From UHGV virus genome UHGV-0105864: 17,358 nucleotides of DNA; one strand, written 5' to 3'. The notes under the pieces are model-generated. The model made no database searches, was not told where the DNA came from, and worked only from the letters and a program-made list of their open reading frames with translations. The position numbers and the translations under genes are program-made. The DNA is from a virus. Positions 1-7,269 of this stretch are shown in pieces. Numbering within the stretch: the stretch's first letter is position 1; every line of letters starts with the position of its first letter.

Positions 1-10
1 TACCAGATGT

Positions 11-41
11 GTACCAAACCATTATTTCTGAGCGTACCAAA
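11..41 (+). repeat. Two direct copies of GTACCAAA (11-18 and 34-41) just upstream of int; possible integrase arm-type site or att-proximal repeat
   Basis: Exact 8-bp direct repeat read in the sequence, 9-39 bp upstream of the int ATG; function is inferred only. Confidence 0.25.
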
Positions 42-49
42 TATTATTT

Positions 50-1228
50 ATGGCTATAAGCGACACAAAACTGCGTAGTATTTATGGTAAACCATATTCG
101 GGCCCACAAGAAGTGGCTGATGCCGATGGCCTCAGCGTACGAATTTCACCGAAGGGGGTCATCCAGTTCCAGTACCGCTATCGCTGGCATGGCAAGCCTA
201 ATCGACTTGGGCTTGGTCGATACCCATCCCTGTCTTTGAAGGATGCCAGACAGATCACTGCTGACTTGCGAAAGCTCTATTTCTCAGGAACGGATCCACG
301 CACTTATTTTGAAGAGAAGGTGGAGAACTCCATGACGGTCGCCCAGTGTCTCGACTACTGGTTCGACAACTACGTCTCTACAACTCTCAGAGAAAAGACC
401 CAGGCACTTTACCGATCAACGGTTATGAAGCGCATGCATGACGCCTTTCCTAATCGTCCGGCATCTTCTATCACGGTTAAGCAATGGGTTGACCTGCTTA
501 CCGAAGAAGAAAGAGATAATCCACGCCGAGCAAGGCAGGTGCTAAGTCAACTAAGATCAGCAATAAGTTGGTGCATGCGGCGTCAGTTGATAGATAGTTG
601 CGCAATTATGAGCATCCAACCAAGGGACTTCGGCTCCCGCGCTGAGGTAGGGGATCGGGTACTGTCGTATCACGAACTGGCTAAGATTTGGCTTGCTATT
701 GAAAGAAGCCGTGCGTCTACGTCAAATAAGCTACTTCATCAGATGCTTATGCTGTGGGGGGCGAGGCTCTCAGAGCTTAGGCTGGCAAAAAAGACAGAAT
801 TTGACCTGCTGGAAAACGTATGGACCGTACCGAAAGAGCATAGCAAGATGGGTAATGTTATCCGCCGTCCAATCTTCGAACAAATTAAGCCTTTCCTCGA
901 AAAGGCCATGACAACGTACAATGATGTTCTTTTCCCTGGAGAAGACATAAACAAACCGATCAGCATCGCTGCAGCCAACCGATTCGTAAATAGAATAAGG
1001 GGAGGGATGGATCTAGGTTACTGGCGAACACACGATTTCAGAAGAACGCTTGTTACACGTCTGTCCGAGATGAATGTCGAGCCTCATGTTACTGAGCGAA
1101 TGCTCGGTCATGAACTTGGCGGGATAATGTCCGTGTACAATAAACACGACTGGATAGAGGCTCAGCGCAAAGCGTATGAGCTTCACGCTGATAAATTGTT
1201 CTGGCACATCAGGAGCATTTCTGATTAA
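50..1228 (+). CDS. int: Phage integrase, tyrosine recombinase (P4-type)
   Basis: 392-aa ORF; N-terminal region and C-terminal catalytic region (HDFRRT, HELGG, final Y) resemble P4-family integrases; sits at the prophage end next to an excisionase. Confidence 0.9.
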   Translation: MAISDTKLRSIYGKPYSGPQEVADADGLSVRISPKGVIQFQYRYRWHGKPNRLGLGRYPSLSLKDARQITADLRKLYFSGTDPRTYFEEKVENSMTVAQCLDYWFDNYVSTTLREKTQALYRSTVMKRMHDAFPNRPASSITVKQWVDLLTEEERDNPRRARQVLSQLRSAISWCMRRQLIDSCAIMSIQPRDFGSRAEVGDRVLSYHELAKIWLAIERSRASTSNKLLHQMLMLWGARLSELRLAKKTEFDLLENVWTVPKEHSKMGNVIRRPIFEQIKPFLEKAMTTYNDVLFPGEDINKPISIAAANRFVNRIRGGMDLGYWRTHDFRRTLVTRLSEMNVEPHVTERMLGHELGGIMSVYNKHDWIEAQRKAYELHADKLFWHIRSISD

Positions 1229-1400
1229 CGCCACCGTTAAGAATCCACCCTTCAACAGCTTCACGAAGGTATGATTTGGGGTGGGTTCTGACTGGCTTCG
1301 GAAATCCGTGCCGTTTGGTATAGTTCCAGATTGTCTGACGTGATGAAACACCGAGCTTGTTCATCACTTCTTTCTCAGGAATCAGGCTGGTATCGGTCAT
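1209..1400 (-). CDS. xis: AlpA-family excisionase / DNA-binding regulator
   Basis: 63-aa ORF with winged-helix-like motif (LGVSSRQTIWNYTKRHGFPKP) typical of AlpA/Xis proteins; GGAG ribosome-binding site 9 nt upstream; 3' end overlaps int 3' end by 20 bp. Confidence 0.7.
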   Translation of the reverse strand: MTDTSLIPEKEVMNKLGVSSRQTIWNYTKRHGFPKPVRTHPKSYLREAVEGWILNGGVNQKCS

Positions 1401-1410
1401 CTTAATTCTC

Positions 1411-1438
1411 CAGGCAAAAAGAAACCGCCATCAGGCGG
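1411..1438 (-). terminator. Intrinsic terminator-like hairpin (CCGCC-ATCA-GGCGG) followed by a U-rich tract on the - strand, directly upstream of xis
   Basis: Stem-loop at 1425-1438 with T-rich run on the - strand (complement of 1411-1424). Confidence 0.45.
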
Positions 1439-1598
1439 CTTGGTGTTCTTTCAGTTCTTCAATTCGAATATTGGTTACGTCTGCATGTGCTATCTGCGCC
1501 CACAGCATCCAGTGGGCATAGCAGTCGTTGATGTCCTCTGCTTCGATAACTCTGTTGAATGGTTCTCCATTCCATTCACCTGTGACTCGGAAGTGCAT
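1431..1598 (-). CDS. Hypothetical small protein (55 aa, MHFRVTGEWNGEPF...)
   Basis: ORF below the supplied track threshold, found by manual translation; GGAG 7 nt upstream of ATG at 1598; stop lies inside the 1425-1438 hairpin. Confidence 0.4.
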   Translation of the reverse strand: MHFRVTGEWNGEPFNRVIEAEDINDCYAHWMLWAQIAHADVTNIRIEELKEHQAA

Positions 1599-1607
1599 TT
1601 ATCATCT

Positions 1608-1634
1608 CCATAAAACAAAACTCGCCGTAGCGAG
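1608..1634 (-). terminator. Intrinsic terminator (CTCGC-CGTA-GCGAG plus U-run) on the - strand
   Basis: Hairpin 1621-1634 followed on the - strand by TTTTGTTTTA (complement of 1611-1620). Confidence 0.5.
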
Positions 1635-1640
1635 TTCAGA

Positions 1641-1665
1641 TAAAAGAAAACCCGCACTCGGCGGG
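1641..1665 (-). terminator. Intrinsic terminator (CCCGC-ACTCG-GCGGG plus U-run) on the - strand
   Basis: Hairpin 1651-1665 followed on the - strand by TTTTCTTTTA (complement of 1641-1650). Confidence 0.5.
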
Positions 1666-1946
1666 TTCGCATTCGTTCAAATTGCGTTTACTTCTTGGCG
1701 TTCTGTTCATCCATATCGATATACCATGGGTTGCTTCCCTTGGGCATGTTTAACGACTGCTCGCGATAGTATCTGATGCGCTCCATGAAATACTCGCGTG
1801 AGTGCTCAGGTTGCTCTCATGATACCTGCTCAGTGATAACAGGTATGTTAAGGCGCTCTCTGTACTCCATGCCTGATGCTGCAAGGTCAACGTTTACCTT
1901 GTTCTGTTTTTCTTTCGATTTCTCGGCGATGTTATGCCTGGCATTG

Positions 1947-2189
1947 TCAACCCGCCTCCTTCTGAACATAACGGTTATAAATCAGTCCCTGAGGGCCACA
2001 AGGAAGCTGGATGTGCAACTCCTCTGGTTCAGAAACTATCCATTCTCCGGCCATCTCCGCTGGAGAGGTAATGATAAGTTGTTTGCTAATAAAAGGACCA
2101 CTCCTCTCAACAACAAGCTTACCATCTTCATTAATAAAAGCTTGGATGTCAGGTGTGCTTCCACACTTGGTGATGCAGCGTTTGAACAT
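1947..2189 (-). CDS. Hypothetical protein (80 aa from ATG 2189; track frame extends to 2231)
   Basis: Open frame 1947-2231; G-rich ribosome-binding site (GGGGGG) 7-9 nt upstream of ATG 2189; start choice is uncertain. Confidence 0.4.
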   Translation of the reverse strand: MFKRCITKCGSTPDIQAFINEDGKLVVERSGPFISKQLIITSPAEMAGEWIVSEPEELHIQLPCGPQGLIYNRYVQKEAG

Positions 2190-2214
2190 TTTGTGTCCCC
2201 CCATTTTATGGACG

Positions 2215-2227
2215 GGGTAATTATAAC
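2215..2227 (-). promoter_or_regulatory. Candidate extended -10 promoter (TGTTATAAT) on the - strand upstream of the 1947-2189 ORF
   Basis: Complement of 2219-2227 reads TGTTATAAT; no strong -35; AT-rich intergenic region 2232-2315. Confidence 0.3.
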
Positions 2228-2315
2228 ACATTGAAATATAGTAATATTTGACGTAGATTTCTTTTGATCTATAAGCGATTTTTTAATGCTTTTAAGTTAT
2301 AAATACTTGTTTTCA

Positions 2316-2732
2316 TCACCCATCTTGCTGCGGTGCTACTATTGAAAAGTGCTCACACCCTTTAGCCCAAATAGTTTTGATAGTTGTCCAACTGACTGGA
2401 ACCTTGATTTCGATTCTCCCGCTACAGTCACAAGTTTCGCAATCATCATCACCAAAGCATTCCGGGCAGCTTATAAACGTAGTTTCTGAAAATTCACCGG
2501 ATAGCACACCCTTAGCGCCGTTCTCAGCGGTTAGTTTCTTCGGCACTATAACCCAACCATCCGGAGTTACCGGAGAGTTGCCCGATGGCTCGTTCAACTT
2601 GCAAGTTTGGCTTACAGGTTCGGCTTCCAGTTCTGCTATGCGCTTTTTTGCTGTTTCCAGCTCGCCCAGCAGCGCCAAGACGGTAGCCGGATTGGCTGCG
2701 GCGATGAATTCAGCATTGGCCTGCTGTTCCAT
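2316..2732 (-). CDS. Ead/Ea22-like family protein, C-terminal part
   Basis: 138-aa ORF with AANPATVLALLGELE and a coiled-coil segment typical of Ea22-like proteins, plus a Cys cluster; no ribosome-binding site before ATG 2732, and the frame continues upstream to an in-frame TAA. Confidence 0.7.
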   Translation of the reverse strand: MEQQANAEFIAAANPATVLALLGELETAKKRIAELEAEPVSQTCKLNEPSGNSPVTPDGWVIVPKKLTAENGAKGVLSGEFSETTFISCPECFGDDDCETCDCSGRIEIKVPVSWTTIKTIWAKGCEHFSIVAPQQDG

Positions 2733-2756
2733 TTGGAAATCTTCATCGAAACCGCT

Positions 2757-2924
2757 TTATGGATGCGCTCCTTCAATTCTGCAAATGGGAATATATCCAG
2801 CAACTTCACGATGAATTAGCGCATCATCACCATCAAATCGGCTCTCTCCATATTCGAGCGACCACTCACCACACGTTGCTTTCTCTGCTTTTTCACGCAG
2901 TACCTGATAGTCAATCTTGTTCAC
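2757..2924 (-). CDS. Probable N-terminal part of the same Ea22-like gene (55 aa), separated by an in-frame TAA
   Basis: GTG start at 2924 with AAGGAGG 6 nt upstream; same reading frame as 2316-2732; TAA at 2757-2759. Confidence 0.45.
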   Translation of the reverse strand: MNKIDYQVLREKAEKATCGEWSLEYGESRFDGDDALIHREVAGYIPICRIEGAHP

Positions 2925-3228
2925 TGGTTGCCTCCTTTGCTGGGCTTTCTAGCTTCTGAGTGGTTGTATCAAACTCAAACAACTTAACCACGTCATCAAA
3001 CAGGACATAATCGCCATCAGAATCTTCAGTCATGTCAGCGCCACAATCCTGACCGCACGAGTCACATCCATCCATATCAAGCTCGTATCGCTTCAGGTTT
3101 GCGATATTTGATAAATTCAGCGCCAGTACAGCCAGGTCATAAACCTCTTCGGCGGTATACCCTGCACCATGCCCATACATTTCAATGCGGGATATGATTT
3201 CTTCTACCCGTTGTTTTGTGATCGTCAT
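2911..3228 (-). CDS. Hypothetical acidic protein (105 aa) with a CxxC-containing, Asp/Glu-rich C-terminus
   Basis: ORF with GGGAGGTG ribosome-binding site; start overlaps upstream stop (ATGA); about 23% acidic residues. Confidence 0.6.
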   Translation of the reverse strand: MTITKQRVEEIISRIEMYGHGAGYTAEEVYDLAVLALNLSNIANLKRYELDMDGCDSCGQDCGADMTEDSDGDYVLFDDVVKLFEFDTTTQKLESPAKEATSEQD

Positions 3229-3686
3229 TTTTGCTCACCTCCCTGTTCTTCCAGAAAAATACGCATAGCCTCAAGCATCTCTTCGGTGTCATACGGAGAC
3301 AGCTTGTCACGCAGGATGTGTTCAATGCTGTTAATGAACTTTCGGATTGCTTTGCGTTCAATTTCAGTCAGGAAAGCATCGGTGGCTGGGGTGTCTGATT
3401 GCAGAGACTTTGCGCGATAGTCATTCCACCCTCTTGCATACATGGGATTAACTTGCACTCCATCTTTTACGCAATATGCCTGCCCTCCACGGTTGATAAC
3501 CTTGATTTCGTCCATAGCGCCAGACTTCAGCCCCGCATTCTCCGCTGCCAGCGCCGCGTACTTGGCCTCCGCTTCAGCAAATTTACGCACCAGATATTCA
3601 GCGTTTGTTTCGTTAACCTTTAAATCTCGTGGGATGCATTTACCTTTCAGAAATCCATCCATCTCAATTAGTGACATTTGTTTCAT
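3225..3686 (-). CDS. Hypothetical phage protein (153 aa)
   Basis: ORF in the translationally coupled early-left operon; start overlaps upstream stop. Confidence 0.6.
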   Translation of the reverse strand: MKQMSLIEMDGFLKGKCIPRDLKVNETNAEYLVRKFAEAEAKYAALAAENAGLKSGAMDEIKVINRGGQAYCVKDGVQVNPMYARGWNDYRAKSLQSDTPATDAFLTEIERKAIRKFINSIEHILRDKLSPYDTEEMLEAMRIFLEEQGGEQK

Positions 3687-3847
3687 TTCTTCCCACTCCG
3701 CAACATCGCATTCAGATATTTGTTTTGATTCACTGATGGAAAAGAATTTCTCTTAAGCAATTCCTCTCTCGATGGCATTGGCTTTACTCGTTGGCGAATA
3801 ATCATTTCTGCCGGAAGAATGCCGGGATTGTATGCAAGTCCTCTCAT
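3683..3847 (-). CDS. Hypothetical small protein (54 aa)
   Basis: Found by manual translation (below track threshold); ATG at 3847; stop overlaps start of the next gene (ATGA). Confidence 0.35.
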   Translation of the reverse strand: MRGLAYNPGILPAEMIIRQRVKPMPSREELLKRNSFPSVNQNKYLNAMLRSGKK

Positions 3848-3863
3848 GGTAAATTCCTCTTTG

Positions 3864-4178
3864 TTAATTTATTCGTATGCCTGCTCTTTCTTCATCGAGT
3901 TTTTTTAGCTTGTATCGCATAGCCCTTACTGAATAAATTGAGCGGCAGGTTGCAATTGCTATTTCTTCTGCGGAGAACTTACCGAAAAGTGATACTTCGG
4001 CTCTTGTCCATCGTCTTCCACGAAGTCGGCTAACAATGTCAGCGCCAATCCTTGTTGCTTTCGCCATTACTGCTTTTTCAGTCCTTTCCAGTTTTTCAGC
4101 GATAACTTCAACTGGCATTGTCGCCGCTACTTCGCGTAAGAAATCGACTTCCCATTTCTCCCATGGAGTCTTTTTCAT
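3864..4178 (-). CDS. Hypothetical protein (104 aa) with two tandem ~40-aa repeats resembling helix-turn-helix units
   Basis: Internal repeat visible by eye: [32 protein letters not shown] and [31 protein letters not shown]. Confidence 0.55.
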   Translation of the reverse strand: MKKTPWEKWEVDFLREVAATMPVEVIAEKLERTEKAVMAKATRIGADIVSRLRGRRWTRAEVSLFGKFSAEEIAIATCRSIYSVRAMRYKLKKLDEERAGIRIN

Positions 4179-4189
4179 AGGCGATACCG

Positions 4190-4672
4190 TTATTTGATAA
4201 GAAGTGAAGGTTTCCCAACTTTGAGTTTAGCGCCGGGAATATTTATTCCTGCTTTTAGTTGGTGTTTGATTGCCAGTTTGTCGGCTTTAATTGTCGTTTC
4301 AAACTCAACGTATTCAGGAGGAAGGGCGCTTGAGTCGATTATTTCTACAATTTCTGACGGTTTGCGGATTGTTACCTGGTGAATACCTGCTCGAATATTT
4401 TTCTTGCCAGCCATTTCAAGCGATGACGCTATATATGATTTGATGCTGTCAATCTTATTTTGAATTACTGCAGCTCGCTCATTCAGTGACTTTGCCTCTT
4501 CCTTGAGGCGTTCGGCATAACCAGATTCATTTTTAATGACGGAAAGAAGTTGCTCTATTTTATCGGTAAATTCTCCTTCCATGCCTTCTATTGTGTCAGC
4601 AATCATCTCTGGTTCTAAATCTGAATCCATCAATTTTGCGTATTCATTGGCAATTTCATACAGTTTGCTCAC
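4190..4672 (-). CDS. Gp157-like protein (siphovirus Gp157 family, tentative), RecT-associated
   Basis: About 160 aa, immediately downstream of recT with overlap; likely GTG start at 4672 with GGAGG 6 nt upstream (track TTG at 4678 is too close to the ribosome-binding site); family assignment is from recall. Confidence 0.55.
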   Translation of the reverse strand: MSKLYEIANEYAKLMDSDLEPEMIADTIEGMEGEFTDKIEQLLSVIKNESGYAERLKEEAKSLNERAAVIQNKIDSIKSYIASSLEMAGKKNIRAGIHQVTIRKPSEIVEIIDSSALPPEYVEFETTIKADKLAIKHQLKAGINIPGAKLKVGKPSLLIK

Positions 4673-5567
4673 TGGCAACCTCCAGTTTCGCTTTGCATTC
4701 TGCGTAAATGGCTTGTACGTTCTGCTGCAATTTCATCCCAGATGTCAGGCGATATGCTTCTGCAAAATATCGCTTCAAATCATCCATGTTTTCAGCCTGA
4801 GCCATTTCATCACAAAGAAGTTGTGCTTTATCCGTTATTTCCTGCTGGCGTTTCCGTTCATCTTCGCGGATATCTTCCTCTGATTTGTGCGGCATAACTG
4901 GTTCAGTCCACACACCTTCTTCTTCGTTTAGTACGTGAATAGCACTATCAAGACGTGATGCCTTAGGCCAATACTTGCTTGCACGCTTTACGACCGTCTT
5001 TCGCGCCATCTCATTCCAGTGATTTACCCATGGTCCTTTATCGCTGAATGCTGCCTTGCTTGTTTTCCTTACAGCCTCAATTTCAGCCAGACTCATCTCT
5101 TCCGTTAGATAATCACCTGCTGGCGTCTTAACTGTGCAGTAAACGCCAACAATATCACCACGATCACCGAAGGCGTTGTATTTATGGGTTGGTGCTTTAT
5201 CAAGCCCGTTTGACTCATAGGTATCGTTAGCATGAACAAGTTTTGCCTGACCCCATGAGATAACACCAGACTCCATTGCAATATGGAGCAATCCCATATA
5301 ACTGATATCAAGGCACACCATGCCGTCGCGCGGAACCAGATAAGCCAGTTTGCTAGCCGGGTTTAAGGTGATACCGATCGCCGCAACATTGATGATGGCG
5401 TTCTGTGCGCTGGTTGGATTTGCCAGTGCTGTTTTAGCCAGGTAATCATTTTTCTGGAAATACTGAATTGCAAACTGGCTTTCCTTAGCCCATGTCACCG
5501 TCTGTTCAGTCAATGCTCCGCAGAATAACTGCTCTTGCTGTTTAACGAATTCAACGATATTGCTCAT
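4656..5567 (-). CDS. recT: RecT-family single-strand annealing recombinase
   Basis: 303-aa ORF; GPWVNHWNEMARKTVVKRASKYWP matches the conserved RecT region; GGAG ribosome-binding site; start overlaps upstream stop. Confidence 0.85.
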   Translation of the reverse strand: MSNIVEFVKQQEQLFCGALTEQTVTWAKESQFAIQYFQKNDYLAKTALANPTSAQNAIINVAAIGITLNPASKLAYLVPRDGMVCLDISYMGLLHIAMESGVISWGQAKLVHANDTYESNGLDKAPTHKYNAFGDRGDIVGVYCTVKTPAGDYLTEEMSLAEIEAVRKTSKAAFSDKGPWVNHWNEMARKTVVKRASKYWPKASRLDSAIHVLNEEEGVWTEPVMPHKSEEDIREDERKRQQEITDKAQLLCDEMAQAENMDDLKRYFAEAYRLTSGMKLQQNVQAIYAECKAKLEVASEQTV

Positions 5568-5875
5568 GCTGCTTCTCCATAAACGTGTCTGCGTTTGAAT
5601 ATTGCGAAGGCATATTCAGCCTTAACTCTTTCGGTTATTGCATCCCAGAACCATTCAGCGGCTTTTTCCTGATAGTTACAGTCATAATCTTCCAGCCAGT
5701 CGATAGCGTCCTTAGTGTGTTCATCTGGTTTATATGAGCGAAGCATTTCGCTTATTGGGTCGCAACGTTTGCAGAGGCGATCAACTTCACTGTTGATTCG
5801 TTCGTAATCTTCATCAGTAAAACTTGCGATTATTTGCGATATTTCACGCTCATCTTTCAGAGTCAGAATCATCAT
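5564..5875 (-). CDS. Hypothetical protein (103 aa) at the position occupied by gam/abc in lambda/P22
   Basis: ORF directly upstream of and coupled to recT; no recognised motif. Confidence 0.55.
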   Translation of the reverse strand: MMILTLKDEREISQIIASFTDEDYERINSEVDRLCKRCDPISEMLRSYKPDEHTKDAIDWLEDYDCNYQEKAAEWFWDAITERVKAEYAFAIFKRRHVYGEAA

Positions 5876-5960
5876 CTTTCTCCTGTTCTTTGTGCTGATT
5901 GAGCATTTCTTTCATCTGACGAATGAATTCTTCGTCTGACCAGTTATCTGTAAAACTCAT
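5850..5960 (-). CDS. Hypothetical small acidic protein (36 aa), positional analogue of kil
   Basis: Manual translation; ATG overlaps stop of the cIII-like gene (ATGA coupling); overlaps the next ORF by 26 nt in another frame. Confidence 0.3.
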   Translation of the reverse strand: MSFTDNWSDEEFIRQMKEMLNQHKEQEKDDDSDSER

Positions 5961-6127
5961 GGACGGCCTTGTTGTTTCAAAATATCCCAAAGCTTTTCGA
6001 GCAAACTTTTCATTCTTGGTTGTTTAAAGTCTGCTCCGGTTAAAATATTTTTTCGTGAATGCTGTACCGATAAAATCGGGTTGAAAGGGCGAACCGATGC
6101 CGCCCCTGCAATAGCGAACTGTTGCAT
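5957..6127 (-). CDS. cIII: cIII-like protein (56 aa; putative FtsH inhibitor)
   Basis: MQQFAIAG... N-terminus and ...LWDILKQQGRP C-terminus resemble lambda CIII; AGGAG 7 nt upstream of ATG 6127; the track's longer start at 6178 lacks a ribosome-binding site. Confidence 0.5.
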   Translation of the reverse strand: MQQFAIAGAASVRPFNPILSVQHSRKNILTGADFKQPRMKSLLEKLWDILKQQGRP

Positions 6128-6209
6128 AGGATTCTCCTTCTGTTTGATTGCATAACGAAAATGCCTCTCGTGAAGCATTATTGGTATGCGGTAAAGCCGC
6201 GCTTGGCGG

Positions 6210-6458
6210 CTACTCTATTTCTTCTTCGAATGATTTTATTAGTCGGTCAATAACATCATCCGTTTCAATATCATTTCCGTCTGATTGCTTTAATACATCT
6301 ATTGATTCTGCAGCGGTAAATTCCATCGCTGTGAGAAACTCGACAATTGCACACTCAACGACATATCGTTCTTCATCTGTACGACATGAGATAAAAGAGC
6401 ATTTAATTGCTGTTATTACTTTTTGTTTAAGCTCTGCAGGGTAATCAGTTTTTATCAT
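6210..6458 (-). CDS. Hypothetical acidic protein (82 aa)
   Basis: ORF with GGAG 6 nt upstream of ATG 6458, immediately after a terminator hairpin. Confidence 0.55.
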   Translation of the reverse strand: MIKTDYPAELKQKVITAIKCSFISCRTDEERYVVECAIVEFLTAMEFTAAESIDVLKQSDGNDIETDDVIDRLIKSFEEEIE

Positions 6459-6471
6459 CGTTTACTCCGTC

Positions 6472-6500
6472 AAAAAAACTGCCCTCACATTGGAGGGCAA
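6472..6500 (-). terminator. Intrinsic terminator (7-bp stem TGCCCTC/GAGGGCA, then a run of 7 U) on the - strand
   Basis: Hairpin 6480-6500; complement of the A7 run at 6472-6478 gives the U-tract. Confidence 0.55.
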
Positions 6501-6560
6501 AGAAGATTTCCAATAATCAGAACAAGTCGGCTCCTGTTTAGTTACGAGCGACATTACTCC

Positions 6561-6588
6561 GTGTATTCACTCGTTGGAATGAATACAC
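6561..6588. repeat. Perfect 9-bp inverted repeat GTGTATTCA / TGAATACAC with a 10-bp spacer, in the intergenic region
   Basis: Read directly in the sequence; lies between the two terminators of the 6459-6632 intergenic region. Confidence 0.5.
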
Positions 6589-6615
6589 AGTGCAGTGTTT
6601 ATTCTGTTGTTTATG

Positions 6616-6643
6616 CCAAAAATAAAGGCCGACTATGAGGCCT
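6616..6643 (-). terminator. Intrinsic terminator (AGGCC-loop-GGCCT then UUUAUUUUUGG) on the - strand, at the end of the 6633-7256 gene
   Basis: Hairpin 6626-6643 overlapping the stop codon; T-rich run on the - strand (complement of 6616-6626). Confidence 0.55.
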
Positions 6644-7256
6644 CGGAAGGAAGTCCAATCATCTTATTCAAATCTTCTACCCGTAAAGCAGGAAGTGCTG
6701 TACTTGCTTTATCTGCTTCTTTTGGTAGCAACTCTTTGCTTTCAGGCCAAACCTCAATAAGTCGCTTAACTGTTGTGACTGAGTTTAAAGCAGCCCATAC
6801 ATTTGATTCGATATCCTTTTTCTTTGCTTCAAGTTTTTGTTGTAATGAGCAGATTTCATCAAACCTTTTTGTTATTTCGTGCTCTGCGTCAAACATGCAT
6901 TTATCTTTTATCGGAGTAGGGAGAAATATATCTTCGCCGTTGCCGTCTTTCCCATATGAATGCCATCCAACCCTTCTGCCAGATACAGTCAGATAAATTG
7001 AAGTAGAACGAAAATCGTATGAGTAAAATGAACATCCCATCTTTCCAAGTTCTTCACTTATAGCTACCAACTTGGATGATAACTGATCCACTTCCTCAGT
7101 TTTCTTTTTACCGCCAAACGCAATAACTCTGGCGTCAAGTGCAAGCTGGTTCTTTAACTTTGTTACTTCTTCAAGCTCAGTGAAAACCCCAGACTTAATT
7201 AAAGCGTTACGAGCGATTTCCTCTTTCATTCTCGTAGTTAAGCGGATTGATGACAT
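6633..7256 (-). CDS. Hypothetical protein (207 aa from ATG 7256), terminator-flanked moron-like gene at the lambda sieB/ea10 position
   Basis: Long ORF; GAGAGG ribosome-binding site 8 nt upstream of ATG 7256 (track start at 7271 is a TTG); hydrophilic with coiled-coil-like stretches; no recognised domain. Confidence 0.65.
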   Translation of the reverse strand: MSSIRLTTRMKEEIARNALIKSGVFTELEEVTKLKNQLALDARVIAFGGKKKTEEVDQLSSKLVAISEELGKMGCSFYSYDFRSTSIYLTVSGRRVGWHSYGKDGNGEDIFLPTPIKDKCMFDAEHEITKRFDEICSLQQKLEAKKKDIESNVWAALNSVTTVKRLIEVWPESKELLPKEADKASTALPALRVEDLNKMIGLPSEAS

Positions 7257-7269
7257 ATTAATTCCTCTC

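Noticed and set aside
693-978. Track ORFs 693-911 (+) and 739-978 (-) inside the integrase gene
   Set aside because: Both lie wholly within the int coding region in other frames or antisense, with no ribosome-binding site; shadow ORFs.
1013-1351. Track ORF 1013-1351 (-), 112 aa
   Set aside because: Antisense to the int 3' half and overlapping xis in another frame; no ribosome-binding site.
1528-2234. Track ORFs 1528-1776 (+) and 1776-2234 (+)
   Set aside because: On the strand opposite the leftward operon, spanning terminator hairpins, with low-complexity products and no ribosome-binding sites.
2377-2959. Track + strand ORFs 2377-2814, 2607-2819 and 2759-2959
   Set aside because: Antisense to the Ea22-like gene; Ser/Leu-rich compositions typical of non-coding frames.
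4536-4883. Track ORF 4536-4883 (+), 115 aa
   Set aside because: Antisense to the recT/Gp157-like overlap; hydrophobic low-complexity translation, no ribosome-binding site.
6595-6996. Track ORF 6595-6996 (+), 133 aa
   Set aside because: Antisense to the 6633-7256 gene and runs through its terminator; Ser/Phe-rich product.
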